The notes under the pieces: generated by a model | Told to the model about the DNA's origin: nothing | The model's input: only the letters and a program-made list of their open reading frames with translations | The model's database searches: none | NCBI GenBank assembly: GCA_036743375.1 | Contig: DAINPP010000001.1 | Coordinates: 208,154-272,153 of the forward strand | Source: Thermotogota bacterium | GTDB taxonomy: Bacteria > Thermotogota > Thermotogae > MWEM01 | DNA length: 64,000 nucleotides | Reading direction: 5' to 3' | Shown: one piece after another, positions 17,582-27,954 of the stretch | Layout of the letters: the number at the start of each line of letters is the position of its first letter | How positions within the stretch are numbered: position 1 is the first letter of the stretch | Translations under genes and position numbers: made by a program

Positions 17582-19090
17582 ATGATATTAAGAGATGTTA
17601 TTAGCGTATTGAAGGAAAACAGTCTGCTTGTCAGCTGTTTTAATACGGAAGGAAATTTGGAAATGCCTATAGAGGATATTTCAGTACATACCAACGATAT
17701 TGGAAGGAACTCTATATTTATCTGTAGAAAAGGGTTTAAATTTGATTCACATGCCCTTATGAAAGAAGCTTATAAAGACGGCGCCGTTGCGTTTATCGTA
17801 GAGAAATCCGTTGACTTTGAACCCGAAGCGCCTATTATTCTGGTCTCTGACACGAGATATGCAGAATCTGTTATTGCATCCGAAATGTTTGATCATCCAC
17901 ACAACGCGTTAAAGACTTTCGCCGTTACCGGCACAAACGGTAAAACGACCGTTTCCACGATGATTCATTTTCTTCTGAGTAGGCTTGGTTCTAAAGGAAC
18001 GCTGATGGGAACCGTAGAAAACATCGTCGTAGACAGGTCCTACGATTCATACAATACGACACCATCCGCACTTGAAGTTGTCAAAAACACCAGTGAAACG
18101 ATTCTGAAAGATGGTTCCTTTATCTCCATGGAAGTTTCTTCTCATGCATTGTCGCTGAAAAGGGTAGAGAGCATGCGATTCAATTATGCCATAATGACCA
18201 ACATCACACAGGATCATCTGGATTATCATAAAACCATGGACGCTTATATCAGGACAAAATATCATCTGATCGATTTACTCAAGGAAGACGGTACGGCCGT
18301 ACTGAACGTTGATGACGATTCTATAAAATCCATGATAGATGATATTCCAATTGATAAAAAAATTGTTACTTACGGGATGAGAAACGATGATTTTACCCCG
18401 GATTATTCAGCGGACAACATTCTGGCGGATATTGACGGTATTCAGTTTGATTTATACATCAAAAACAAGAAAGTAAAAAGGATTAAAGTCCCTATTATCG
18501 GTGATTTTAACGTTTACAACGTCCTGGCCGTCCTCGCTGTCCTCGATAAAGAGGGATGTAATATGAATCATGTATATAAATTCCTTCAGTCTTTCAGGGG
18601 TGTTCCGGGAAGATTCGAATTCTATTCTCATATCGGTAATGACATCGATCTCGTTGTTGATTTTGCTCATACACCAGATGCACTGGAAAAACTTCTGACG
18701 AATTCAAAGAGACTTTCAAGAAGTAGGGTCATCTCAGTTTTTGGAGCCGGTGGGGATTCGGATAAGATGAAAAGACCCCTTATGGGAAAGATCGCTTCAG
18801 AGCTCTCTGATGTAGTGATCATCACAAGTGATAATCCAAAATCAGAAAAGCCTCTCGATATCATCAAGCAGATAGAATCCGGTATGGAGGGCGATACCCC
18901 CTATCTTCTCGTTGAGGACAGAAAACTGGCGATAGAAACGGCTTTAAATCTGGCAAACAAGGGAGATTTGGTTGTTTTGGCCGGAAAAGGCCATGAAATG
19001 TATCAGTATTACGAACATACATTTTTCCCGCTGAATGATAGAAACATTGCCTTTCAGATGATCAGAACGTTAAAACATCATGCATCCTGA
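17582..19090 (+). CDS. murE: UDP-N-acetylmuramoyl-L-alanyl-D-glutamate-2,6-diaminopimelate/lysine ligase
   Basis: Mur ligase P-loop VTGTNGKTTV. A DNPK variant replaces the DNPR motif. Start chosen at MILRDV (GGGGGG RBS); the ORF track starts at 17540. Confidence 0.8.
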   Translation: MILRDVISVLKENSLLVSCFNTEGNLEMPIEDISVHTNDIGRNSIFICRKGFKFDSHALMKEAYKDGAVAFIVEKSVDFEPEAPIILVSDTRYAESVIASEMFDHPHNALKTFAVTGTNGKTTVSTMIHFLLSRLGSKGTLMGTVENIVVDRSYDSYNTTPSALEVVKNTSETILKDGSFISMEVSSHALSLKRVESMRFNYAIMTNITQDHLDYHKTMDAYIRTKYHLIDLLKEDGTAVLNVDDDSIKSMIDDIPIDKKIVTYGMRNDDFTPDYSADNILADIDGIQFDLYIKNKKVKRIKVPIIGDFNVYNVLAVLAVLDKEGCNMNHVYKFLQSFRGVPGRFEFYSHIGNDIDLVVDFAHTPDALEKLLTNSKRLSRSRVISVFGAGGDSDKMKRPLMGKIASELSDVVIITSDNPKSEKPLDIIKQIESGMEGDTPYLLVEDRKLAIETALNLANKGDLVVLAGKGHEMYQYYEHTFFPLNDRNIAFQMIRTLKHHAS

Positions 19091-19099
19091 GGTCCAACC

Positions 19100-20560
19100 G
19101 TGAAAATCAGTAAATTCATAGACCTGTTGCAATCAACTGGAGAATACGAAACAAAAAAAATATCAACGGCGTTAAACGGGATAGTTAAAAGGGATAAGGA
19201 GTTGCATTTTACTACCGATTCGAGAGATATCAGGGAAAATTCTGTTTTTATTGCAATAAAAGGTGAAAATACGAACGGGCATAATTTTGTGAATGACTGC
19301 TTTGCTAAAGGGGCAGTCATTTCAATTGTGGAGGAATACGGGGACTTCAACGGATTCTGTATCAAAACGGAAAATTGTATCGCATTCATCAACGCGATGG
19401 CTTCGGCATACTATTCTGAAATAAAACCTTACACTATCGCTCTGACTGGATCAAACGGAAAGACTTCCACCAAGGAATGGATAAATTCTCTTCTGCAGTG
19501 TTCTTTTAAAAAAGAAGAACTATTTTGTAATCCCGGCAATAAAAACAGTGAAATAGGTCTTCCTGTAGGTCTGTTGAACGGGATGAATGAAAAAAAGAAA
19601 ATTGCCGTACTTGAGATGGGAATGGCAAAAGAAGGAGATATTAACTATCTCAGAAACACATACCCACCCGACTTTTCAATCATTTTAAACATAGGTACCG
19701 CTCATATAGGAAACACGGGTAGTCTGGAAAACACCTTTCTGGAAAAAAGCCAAATAATAGTAAAGGGGAAACCGTTATTATTAAACATTTCAGATCGTTT
19801 GCTATCACAACATTTTAATTCACTAAAACAAGAAAAGGACATCTACCTGTTCGGATTATACGAGGATGCCCCATTAAGCCGAATGGGAATATTTCTTAAA
19901 GATTTCAGATACACATTAAGCAATGATAATCATTACACCACCATCGTATCAATTGTAATTCAAAATCCCGAAAAGGGGATCACTTTTGAAAAAAATCTCA
20001 GGATCAAAGGTATCTATCACAGAGGATTCCTATTAAATCTTTGTGCTGCATTCACAACGGTCTATGCAATACAGAATAATCTCGCCTTTCTCGAGAAAAT
20101 ACCGGATGTGATTTCACCGGTCAAGGGAAGATTTACCTTCAAAGAAATAAACCACAATCTCATCATTGATGATTTCTACAACTCAAGTATCGAATCACTT
20201 GAATTTGCCCTTGAAACTATACATAAACTGATAGAAAATACCCATTATGGGGAAGTCATCTGTATATTAGGCTCTATCGCCGAAACTGGAATCTATTCTA
20301 AGCAGATTCATGAAAAAATAGGAAGTTTACTGGAACAGTATAAAATAAATGAAGTCATTATGTATACCAAAAACAAAGATATAGAATTACTTTCAAAACA
20401 TTTCAACAGGCAGAAATTCTATTCCGACAACCGTCGAATAATCGCCAGTGAAATCATCAGACACATAAAACAAACGGAAAAAGGTATTTATCTTTTTAAA
20501 GCATCGAGAAGTATACAACTTGAGGAGGTGTACGAAAATGTTCTGGAGTCTTTTAGTTGA
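19100..20560 (+). CDS. murF: UDP-N-acetylmuramoyl-tripeptide-D-alanyl-D-alanine ligase
   Basis: ALTGSNGKTSTKEW Mur ligase motif. Sits between murE and mraY. Confidence 0.8.
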   Translation: MKISKFIDLLQSTGEYETKKISTALNGIVKRDKELHFTTDSRDIRENSVFIAIKGENTNGHNFVNDCFAKGAVISIVEEYGDFNGFCIKTENCIAFINAMASAYYSEIKPYTIALTGSNGKTSTKEWINSLLQCSFKKEELFCNPGNKNSEIGLPVGLLNGMNEKKKIAVLEMGMAKEGDINYLRNTYPPDFSIILNIGTAHIGNTGSLENTFLEKSQIIVKGKPLLLNISDRLLSQHFNSLKQEKDIYLFGLYEDAPLSRMGIFLKDFRYTLSNDNHYTTIVSIVIQNPEKGITFEKNLRIKGIYHRGFLLNLCAAFTTVYAIQNNLAFLEKIPDVISPVKGRFTFKEINHNLIIDDFYNSSIESLEFALETIHKLIENTHYGEVICILGSIAETGIYSKQIHEKIGSLLEQYKINEVIMYTKNKDIELLSKHFNRQKFYSDNRRIIASEIIRHIKQTEKGIYLFKASRSIQLEEVYENVLESFS

Positions 20561-21482
20561 GATAATCACCTCATTATTTTTATTTGCTGTTTCAATAGGT
20601 TTATTTAAAAAAAGAGGTATTGTTCAATACGTTCGCCAGGAAGGGCCGCAACTGCATAATTACAAAGAAGGAACGCCTACAGCAGGCGGAATCATTTTTA
20701 TGTTTATCTTTATCATTTTTTATATTTTTTCCAACACCCTGGTAAAAAATGAATATTTTCTTGCCGTTCTGCTTGGCACCGTCTTCTTCGGAGGAATCGG
20801 CTTGATAGACGATTCTATAAGCTTTACCTCAAAACATTCAAAGGGACTGAGCGCAAAGGGGAAATTTTCCCTGCAGATCATCTTTTCAATCGTGATTTAT
20901 CTGATCTTGCTATTTTCAGGCATCATCAAAGGGACGGATATCAGGTTATATCATCTAACAATTAATCTTGGATGGTTCTATCCCGTTTTCTTTGTGTTGT
21001 ATCTCACAATGTTTTCAAATGCCGTGAATGTTACCGACGGACTTGACGGATTATCAGGGGGCTGTGCGCTGATAACAGCTGCGGGTATTCAGATATTCCT
21101 CTGGCTTACCGGTATAACTGATTTCTCCATGATGTTTCTTTCAGGCGCACTCCTTGGTTTTCTCTGGTTTAATATCAAACCTGCCTCCATATTCATGGGT
21201 GATACAGGTGCTTTAGGACTGGGAGGAATCTTTGGAATAATCGCGTTGATAAACGGGGATATTCTGATCATTTCAGGATTGTCACTGATGTTCATGATAG
21301 AGATTCTGAGTGTTGTCATACAAGTAACCTCTTTCAAACTGTTCAAAAGGAGAGTTTTCAGAATGAGCCCCATTCATCATCACTTTGAATTGAAAGGCTG
21401 GGAAGAAACCACTGTTGTAATCAGATTCTGGTTGATTAACATAATAGGCGTAGTCCTCTCTTTAATTCTCGTTCTACTGTAA
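20538..21482 (+). CDS. mraY: phospho-N-acetylmuramoyl-pentapeptide transferase
   Basis: NAVNVTDGLDGL, MGDTGALGLGG and PIHHHFE motifs. GAGGAGGTG RBS 6 nt before the ATG at 20538. Confidence 0.85.
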   Translation: MFWSLLVEIITSLFLFAVSIGLFKKRGIVQYVRQEGPQLHNYKEGTPTAGGIIFMFIFIIFYIFSNTLVKNEYFLAVLLGTVFFGGIGLIDDSISFTSKHSKGLSAKGKFSLQIIFSIVIYLILLFSGIIKGTDIRLYHLTINLGWFYPVFFVLYLTMFSNAVNVTDGLDGLSGGCALITAAGIQIFLWLTGITDFSMMFLSGALLGFLWFNIKPASIFMGDTGALGLGGIFGIIALINGDILIISGLSLMFMIEILSVVIQVTSFKLFKRRVFRMSPIHHHFELKGWEETTVVIRFWLINIIGVVLSLILVLL

Positions 21483-21514
21483 AAAAAACTCACCATAAAG
21501 GTGAGTTTTTTTTA
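21483..21514. terminator. bidirectional rho-independent terminator between mraY and addA
   Basis: A-run, then ACTCACC, loop ATAAA, GGTGAGT, then a T-run. Confidence 0.75.
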
Positions 21515-24496
21515 CAGTTTACTCATTTGATTAAATCTTTCTATCTTGTCTATCAATCGGGTTTTAAATTGATCATCACGCTTTACTTTCATTACCTTGT
21601 TGTTTTTCAAAAAGAAAATATAGCCGGTTTCGGGTTCCGGATGACATAACCCCTTCAGGCAATATAGATAGAACTGCATTTGAAAGATATAGTTTTCCCA
21701 GGATTTCTCCGAATAACTGGCGAATTTAAAATCCATGACCTTCCATTCCATATTAGTCTTATACAATTTATCAATGGTTCCAGTGAGGATATAATTACCC
21801 AATTTTTTTCTTACCGGAATTTCGCTCAACACTTCAGAGGCATTTTCCAGTTCGAAAAGCTCTTTATTTCTACTCTCACGAAGTTTTCTGAAGATCACTT
21901 TAATCGATGGCAGTAATTCTCTGCTGTTCGCATCATCTTTCAGTATTTGGTCGATGGTTCCATCATTAAAATCACGCATCTTAAGTTCTCCAAGCTCCTC
22001 AAGAACCTTGTGTACGGCAATCCCAAGATTTTTTCTCGATTCTGAATCTCCTTCCTCAGAATAATCCTTCAGCTCATCCCCATCGTAAACGGTCACAATC
22101 TCTTTAATTCGCCTTTCAAGATTATTGTAATCCGTTTCGCAAAGAAGTGTCGGACTTAGATATTTCCTCCATGGTTTATTTTCAAGATTATAAACGGTTT
22201 CAGGAATAATCAGCTTTTCATCCAATGGGATGGTTTTTATCGTCTCAGACAGCCTGACCTTTCCATCGGCCTCTTCTAAGCTGCTGCGTGGAATATTGCG
22301 AAGAAACCTACAAATTTTGCTCCCCTGATCGTTGTTCCAGAAAACCTCCTTACCGTCTTCTATTATTATTTCTCCCTCTATCAGCGATTTTCTATAGACG
22401 GCTTGTTTTTTCTTTGTTTTAGGTTCTGAATAACTAAGGACAAGCTCATTAACCGCTCGTGTAAATGCAACATAAAGAACGCGTTTTTCCTCTTCAAACT
22501 CCTTTTCTTTATCGTATGAAAGCATTTTCATATATTGCGATCCGGAATCAGAACTGTCTTCCGGATCTCGTAAACTCATCTTACCGGTCTCATAATCTGT
22601 CACAATGTAGGGATTCGAGAAGGCCGATTTTACATAACCCAATTCTGGAACGATAACAACGGGAAATTCAAGTCCCTTGGACTTATGAATCGTCATAACC
22701 CGGACCACATCGCTCCTTTCCGTATCTACAGACGCTTCACTCTCACTACTGGTTTGAGCATTATCGATTTTCTGCAGAAAATTTCTGAGTGAAAGGCTTC
22801 CTTCGAAAGATTCGGAAAATTCCACAAATTTCTTCAGGTTGAGCAATCTTTTTCTTGCGTGATCAAGTTGAGACAACAGGAATTCGTAATGGAATACTTC
22901 TATGATCTCCTTTATCAGCTTCGGTGGTGAAATAAGATTCATCTTCATACGAAAATCGACCAACGCCTCATAGAAATATCTTCTGGAGGGTTCCTGATCG
23001 GAAAACTCTTCCAAAGCATTAAAGAGAGATTTTTTATTTAATAATCTCATTTCAATGAGCTCTGAATCTGAAAACGGACTCAGATAGCTGCGAAGAAGAA
23101 GAATCATATTTTCATCATCATGGGGATTATAAACAGCCTTAAGAAATGCTCTTACTGCCACGATTTCCGGTGTTTTAAAAAAGCCCCTACTTCCGGTAAT
23201 AAAATAAGGAATATGAAATTTTCTGAACGCTTTCTCAAGAAGCTCTACATTTGTCATACGTCGTAAAAGTACGGCAAACTCCCTAAACGGTTTCCCTGAG
23301 GTATTCTGACAGATAATATACCGTGCGATCTGCTCACATTCCTGTGAAAAATTCTCCGTCATTGGAAGGAGCTTTACCGGTTGCTCTATTATGAGATCGT
23401 TTTCCCCGCTGAGTTGATCGTAATTTACCGTAAACGGCTTTGCCTCATCTTTCGCGAATACTTTTGAAAAGAAAAGATTAAAAAATTCTATCAGTCTTTT
23501 ATTAGATCTGTAATTTTGAAAAAGTTCATATTTTTCACACTCATCGAATTCTTCCTGTGTTTTGTTAAAAACACTGACATCCGCTCCGTTAAACAAATAG
23601 ATAGACTGTTTCGCATCACCGACAAAAACTATCTTATCAGTACCTCTCAGATGATTTATTATCTGTTTTTGCTGTTCATTTGTATCCTGAAACTCATCGA
23701 CAATAATGCATTTAAACCTGTGTTCAAGCTTTTCTCTTACTTTCTCGCTTGAATTGAACACCCTTGAGGTTTCAAATAAGAGTTGATCGTAATCATATTT
23801 ATTCTCCCGTTTATTTTCCGAATTGTACATCTCCAGAATCTCAGTAAATGCCTCATGAAAAAAAGGCAGGCTATCATGCAATCTTTCCCCTGTAATTCTA
23901 TCTGCTGTTTTCATATCGAAATTTCCCGAATAATTCAGCAAATCATATTGTTTTTTCAACAGGGCTTCTTCGAAAAGATAAAGGAGCTTATCATATCGGT
24001 ATATCATCGCTAAATCTTTCAGCCTCTCAAAACGCCTGTTTCCTTCCTGCTGGTTAAAATAATTTCTAATACAGTATTTGATCCTTTTTCGCTTCTCCCC
24101 TTCATCTATGACCTCAAACATCGGATCAACTCCCGCTTCAAGCGGAAACTCTCTCAATACCCTTACACAGAATCCATGCATCGTCGAAATCCATGAGAAA
24201 TTTAATCGATTCCTTACTCGGTTAAAATATACAGAATCAGCCGTATTCTCAGTTTTCCTCGCCTCTTCTATCTTTTTCATAATCCGTTCTTTCATTTCTT
24301 TCGCCGCTTTGTCGGTAAAAGTTATCGCAAGGATGTTTTTCACATCATAATGCTTTTCATTGAGCAGAGAAAAATATAATTCCACAATAGTTCTTGTTTT
24401 CCCCGTTCCAGCACCCGCTTTCACAAAAATATCACCGGTGGAATTTATGATCTTACTCTGTTGCTCGTTCAGATTATTCCTGATATGAATCACCAC
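21512..24496 (-). CDS. addA: ATP-dependent helicase/nuclease subunit A (UvrD-family helicase with C-terminal RecB-type nuclease)
   Basis: Walker A AGAGTGKTRT, UvrD helicase motifs, C-terminal GTIDKL...VMDFK nuclease motif. Confidence 0.75.
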   Translation of the reverse strand: MVIHIRNNLNEQQSKIINSTGDIFVKAGAGTGKTRTIVELYFSLLNEKHYDVKNILAITFTDKAAKEMKERIMKKIEEARKTENTADSVYFNRVRNRLNFSWISTMHGFCVRVLREFPLEAGVDPMFEVIDEGEKRKRIKYCIRNYFNQQEGNRRFERLKDLAMIYRYDKLLYLFEEALLKKQYDLLNYSGNFDMKTADRITGERLHDSLPFFHEAFTEILEMYNSENKRENKYDYDQLLFETSRVFNSSEKVREKLEHRFKCIIVDEFQDTNEQQKQIINHLRGTDKIVFVGDAKQSIYLFNGADVSVFNKTQEEFDECEKYELFQNYRSNKRLIEFFNLFFSKVFAKDEAKPFTVNYDQLSGENDLIIEQPVKLLPMTENFSQECEQIARYIICQNTSGKPFREFAVLLRRMTNVELLEKAFRKFHIPYFITGSRGFFKTPEIVAVRAFLKAVYNPHDDENMILLLRSYLSPFSDSELIEMRLLNKKSLFNALEEFSDQEPSRRYFYEALVDFRMKMNLISPPKLIKEIIEVFHYEFLLSQLDHARKRLLNLKKFVEFSESFEGSLSLRNFLQKIDNAQTSSESEASVDTERSDVVRVMTIHKSKGLEFPVVIVPELGYVKSAFSNPYIVTDYETGKMSLRDPEDSSDSGSQYMKMLSYDKEKEFEEEKRVLYVAFTRAVNELVLSYSEPKTKKKQAVYRKSLIEGEIIIEDGKEVFWNNDQGSKICRFLRNIPRSSLEEADGKVRLSETIKTIPLDEKLIIPETVYNLENKPWRKYLSPTLLCETDYNNLERRIKEIVTVYDGDELKDYSEEGDSESRKNLGIAVHKVLEELGELKMRDFNDGTIDQILKDDANSRELLPSIKVIFRKLRESRNKELFELENASEVLSEIPVRKKLGNYILTGTIDKLYKTNMEWKVMDFKFASYSEKSWENYIFQMQFYLYCLKGLCHPEPETGYIFFLKNNKVMKVKRDDQFKTRLIDKIERFNQMSKL

Positions 24497-27400
24497 GCTT
24501 CCTTAAAAAACATAAACCCATGTCATATAATCCGCAATTAAAACAGTTAATCGCCTCATCGGGATTCAGATCCCCCGAAAATACCTTGTTGATTCGTCCG
24601 ATAATCTCAGCTTTCAACGCATCAAAGGTATAAACCTGTTCTTTATCCGGTTTTCCTCTATTGATCAGATAATAAAGATCCTCTTCGTCATCATGAGTGA
24701 GAAAGGCACCTGTAACCTTTTTCAACTTACTTTTTACGGGTAGGAATCCCATGCCGCTAACGGGATTTCCCTTCATCCTTTCAGCATAGGCATAAAGCAT
24801 CAACTGAAAGGCATTTTCCTTTCTGGCACTTCCTTCAGAACGTTTGTAATCATAAATATACTGTTCCCCGCTCTTACTTTTATCTATACGATCAATTTTA
24901 CCTATCAGATATATTTCAGGATCTTCAAACAACCGGATCATATCCTTCTTCTCTATACCCACTTCGAATTCAGTCGGAAAAAATACCAGTTGCTCATTTT
25001 TTTCTGGCTCAGGATTTGATAAAAGAACCTTTGATGAGCGATAACGTATCAGGAATTCCAGAATCATTTTTTTAAAATAAAATAATTCAGCATCAAATAA
25101 AATTTTTTCCGGATGAAACATCTTCGCTTTAACTTCATTTGAAATAAACTGAACGACCTCGGTCTCAAAGAAATTCTGAAAATCAGTTTCCTCCATATTC
25201 TCAAGTAACAGTTCTCTTTCAGTAAGTGATAAGAAGACCGAATGAAGGACTGAATGTAAAATCTGTCCTTCCGTCGTATAGTCAAATCCCTCTGTTTCAT
25301 CCTGTGAGAACCTTATCTTCATAAGATACTTAAAGTAGAATTCCTTGCTGCAATGCCTTAATACACCAAATTTCGACGGACTTAATGTATCTCCAAAAAG
25401 GCGTTTAATTGAATCCAGATTTTGGATCATAAAGGCAGAATCCTCATTTTTCTCCATCTGCTCTACTGCAGATTTAATAAATTCCCAATTAAAACTAAAT
25501 TTCGAACAGATCTCACCAAAGATTTCAGAATTAATATCATACCTGTTCAATTTATCTATTAAAAAGTTCTGTACCGAGAAATTTTCATATTCCCCATACT
25601 TTGAAACGTCTATGAAATAGTCATCACACATATTCTTGTTCTCATCGATTCCAAGAAATCTGTCGATATAAAATGATCTTATCTGCTGATTCCCGGAAAT
25701 ATCACCTATCGGGTAAATCAGAAAAATCCGCTTATTGGTATTTCTCACGGATAAGAGGAAATTTCTCTCTTCACGCATAATCGCTGAATCTTGAAGCGAC
25801 ACACCATTAACCGAAAAATATTCATAAATTTTATTAATACCGCTTCTTGGATATTTTGTATCGAGTACATCGATATAGATCTTTATATCCTTATTTCTAT
25901 ACCTCGAAGCCTCAAGATCCATTATCATACATCGGTTTTCCAGGAAGGAGCTGCTGTGGAAAGTCTTATTCTGAAGTATCAGATTTAGATATTTCCAATA
26001 TTCTACCGGATTAACCATGATGAGTTCCTCATTCTTCATCACAATAAACAACCGTTTCAATTCGATCAGTACATCAGTAAAAAAACCGCTCAATGCGATC
26101 TGTTCAAATTCGGAATCTGAAATCATTTGCCTTTCATCAAGCAATTTCAGCTGTTTTATGAAATACGCGTCATAACTCTCAACGGGAATCTTCTTTAATG
26201 AGCCAAACATCTCACTCAGGGAATGAAACATATTCCGTATTATTTTTTCGGCTCTTTCCGCAAGATCAAACTCCGCTTCGAGTTCTGAAAGCTCATCAAA
26301 TTGTTCATCAATTATGGAAGAAAGCGTTTGTCTCCGTTCAGAAAGAAACGTTTTATATTTTTTAATTTTTAAAATCCATTCATTTTTCCGATTTTTAAAA
26401 CTACTGAAATAAAAATTTTTATTTTTCAACCTGCTCACATATCCCAATCCGGAACTCTTAAAAACCCTTTCAAAATCAGCAAACGTCATGCCTTCAAGAT
26501 CTACAAAACCGGATTCCACATAGCTTAAAAGCAATTCGGGATCAAAACCACTGTAAAAAACTCTGAAAGGTAATATCAATCGATTAACGTTGATGCTGTC
26601 AAGAATAGACAAATCCCCTTCAAATCGATAAGGTATTCCAAATTTCTCAAAGGCATCGGCCAAGAGCGCACCCGCTTTATTGATATCCCTTGTAATAACG
26701 GCAATATTCGCCAGTTCTTCCTTATTCTGAACGACAAGTTGTTTGACAAGAGAAGCCGTTAACATGATCTGCTCATATGGATTCTGAACTTCGGCAACCT
26801 GTATTGGAAGGGGGGAATCTTCCGAGTTCCGAATTTCACCCGATTCAAAACAATCGCACATGACCTCTATCGGTTTAGCCGACTCCCCGGCTACAAATAT
26901 CTCCTTGACGGTATCAGAGGTCATGACGTTACGCGATCGACAAAGGGTTATAAATTCATCAAACGAATAATCCATCACATTCCGAAAACGATCCACGGGA
27001 ATTGTGATGTAAGTCTCCTCAAAACAATTCATGAAAACTGCCAGAAAATTTCTGACAAGATTCGACAAATCATCAAATCCATCAACAAAGAGTATTTTTT
27101 TCTGATATTTATTAACATAGTCTCCATTTTGTATGGCTTCCGCAAACATCCTATATGCATCATAGGTAGAATACATGTTGTTTGACTGTAATAACGTCTC
27201 AAATTTGGCATAAATTCCCGCAAATATTTTTATCAGATCATCTTCCACCCATTGGCTTTCAGCGAGAAGATGCTCCGAAGAATATTCATTAAACACACTG
27301 TAATAAGTCATAAACAGTTCTACTATACCATTCCCGCCTTTAAGCATTTCATTAACCGCATTGTCATCTTCTATGACATCAAGGACCAGTGCAGACAACA

Positions 27401-27716
27401 CACTCTTATCAACGTGTATTTTACCTTTATAGATCTTTTTCATTTCTTCTACGACATATTGATTGATAACCTTATAATGATTGTTAAATATGGCCTCCGT
27501 TCTTTCGAGTACCTTTTCCCTGAACTCATTCAGAAATCCCCCTGAAGACCCCAGAAAGAGGTATTCTGAAGAACGCTCATCCGCATGTAGGGCCTCTATT
27601 TTATTTATGATGAAATCGGTAGTTACTCTTCTCTGATTCCCCTTGATCAAATAAATCTTTCCCAAAATATCACTCCCTGAATCCGAGTTTGTCGATCTGT
27701 AATACGACTTACACAA
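24474..27716 (-). CDS. addB: helicase-nuclease subunit B (AddB/RexB-like) with C-terminal Fe-S/RecB nuclease domain
   Basis: C-terminal GKIDRIDKS...YDYK nuclease motif and a Cys cluster ...CFNCGLYDMGLC. No canonical N-terminal Walker A. Upstream of and overlapping addA. Start codon uncertain (TTG). Confidence 0.6.
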   Translation of the reverse strand: MCKSYYRSTNSDSGSDILGKIYLIKGNQRRVTTDFIINKIEALHADERSSEYLFLGSSGGFLNEFREKVLERTEAIFNNHYKVINQYVVEEMKKIYKGKIHVDKSVLSALVLDVIEDDNAVNEMLKGGNGIVELFMTYYSVFNEYSSEHLLAESQWVEDDLIKIFAGIYAKFETLLQSNNMYSTYDAYRMFAEAIQNGDYVNKYQKKILFVDGFDDLSNLVRNFLAVFMNCFEETYITIPVDRFRNVMDYSFDEFITLCRSRNVMTSDTVKEIFVAGESAKPIEVMCDCFESGEIRNSEDSPLPIQVAEVQNPYEQIMLTASLVKQLVVQNKEELANIAVITRDINKAGALLADAFEKFGIPYRFEGDLSILDSINVNRLILPFRVFYSGFDPELLLSYVESGFVDLEGMTFADFERVFKSSGLGYVSRLKNKNFYFSSFKNRKNEWILKIKKYKTFLSERRQTLSSIIDEQFDELSELEAEFDLAERAEKIIRNMFHSLSEMFGSLKKIPVESYDAYFIKQLKLLDERQMISDSEFEQIALSGFFTDVLIELKRLFIVMKNEELIMVNPVEYWKYLNLILQNKTFHSSSFLENRCMIMDLEASRYRNKDIKIYIDVLDTKYPRSGINKIYEYFSVNGVSLQDSAIMREERNFLLSVRNTNKRIFLIYPIGDISGNQQIRSFYIDRFLGIDENKNMCDDYFIDVSKYGEYENFSVQNFLIDKLNRYDINSEIFGEICSKFSFNWEFIKSAVEQMEKNEDSAFMIQNLDSIKRLFGDTLSPSKFGVLRHCSKEFYFKYLMKIRFSQDETEGFDYTTEGQILHSVLHSVFLSLTERELLLENMEETDFQNFFETEVVQFISNEVKAKMFHPEKILFDAELFYFKKMILEFLIRYRSSKVLLSNPEPEKNEQLVFFPTEFEVGIEKKDMIRLFEDPEIYLIGKIDRIDKSKSGEQYIYDYKRSEGSARKENAFQLMLYAYAERMKGNPVSGMGFLPVKSKLKKVTGAFLTHDDEEDLYYLINRGKPDKEQVYTFDALKAEIIGRINKVFSGDLNPDEAINCFNCGLYDMGLCFLRKRGDSYQE

Positions 27717-27910
27717 AGGTAATTATACGACACTTTAATAATTAAGGACTTTAAATTCATTGATTCTTTAAAAAAGAAATCTTCTCATTTAATCAATTTA
27801 GATAATGTTTATCCAAATTGAGCCATATCATAAATTATTATAACATGATTTTTAATATATAATAAATACCTTTTGCCACCCCTATAAGTATTATTAAGTT
27901 ATTTCGCGCA

Positions 27911-27919
27911 TGGTATAAT
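27911..27919 (+). promoter_or_regulatory. extended -10 element (TGGTATAAT) upstream of the 5'-nucleotidase gene
   Basis: TGnTATAAT consensus about 36 nt upstream of the ATG; AGGGAGG RBS follows. Confidence 0.35.
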
Positions 27920-27954
27920 TAATAATGTAATTTCATACAAAGGGAGGATTTATC

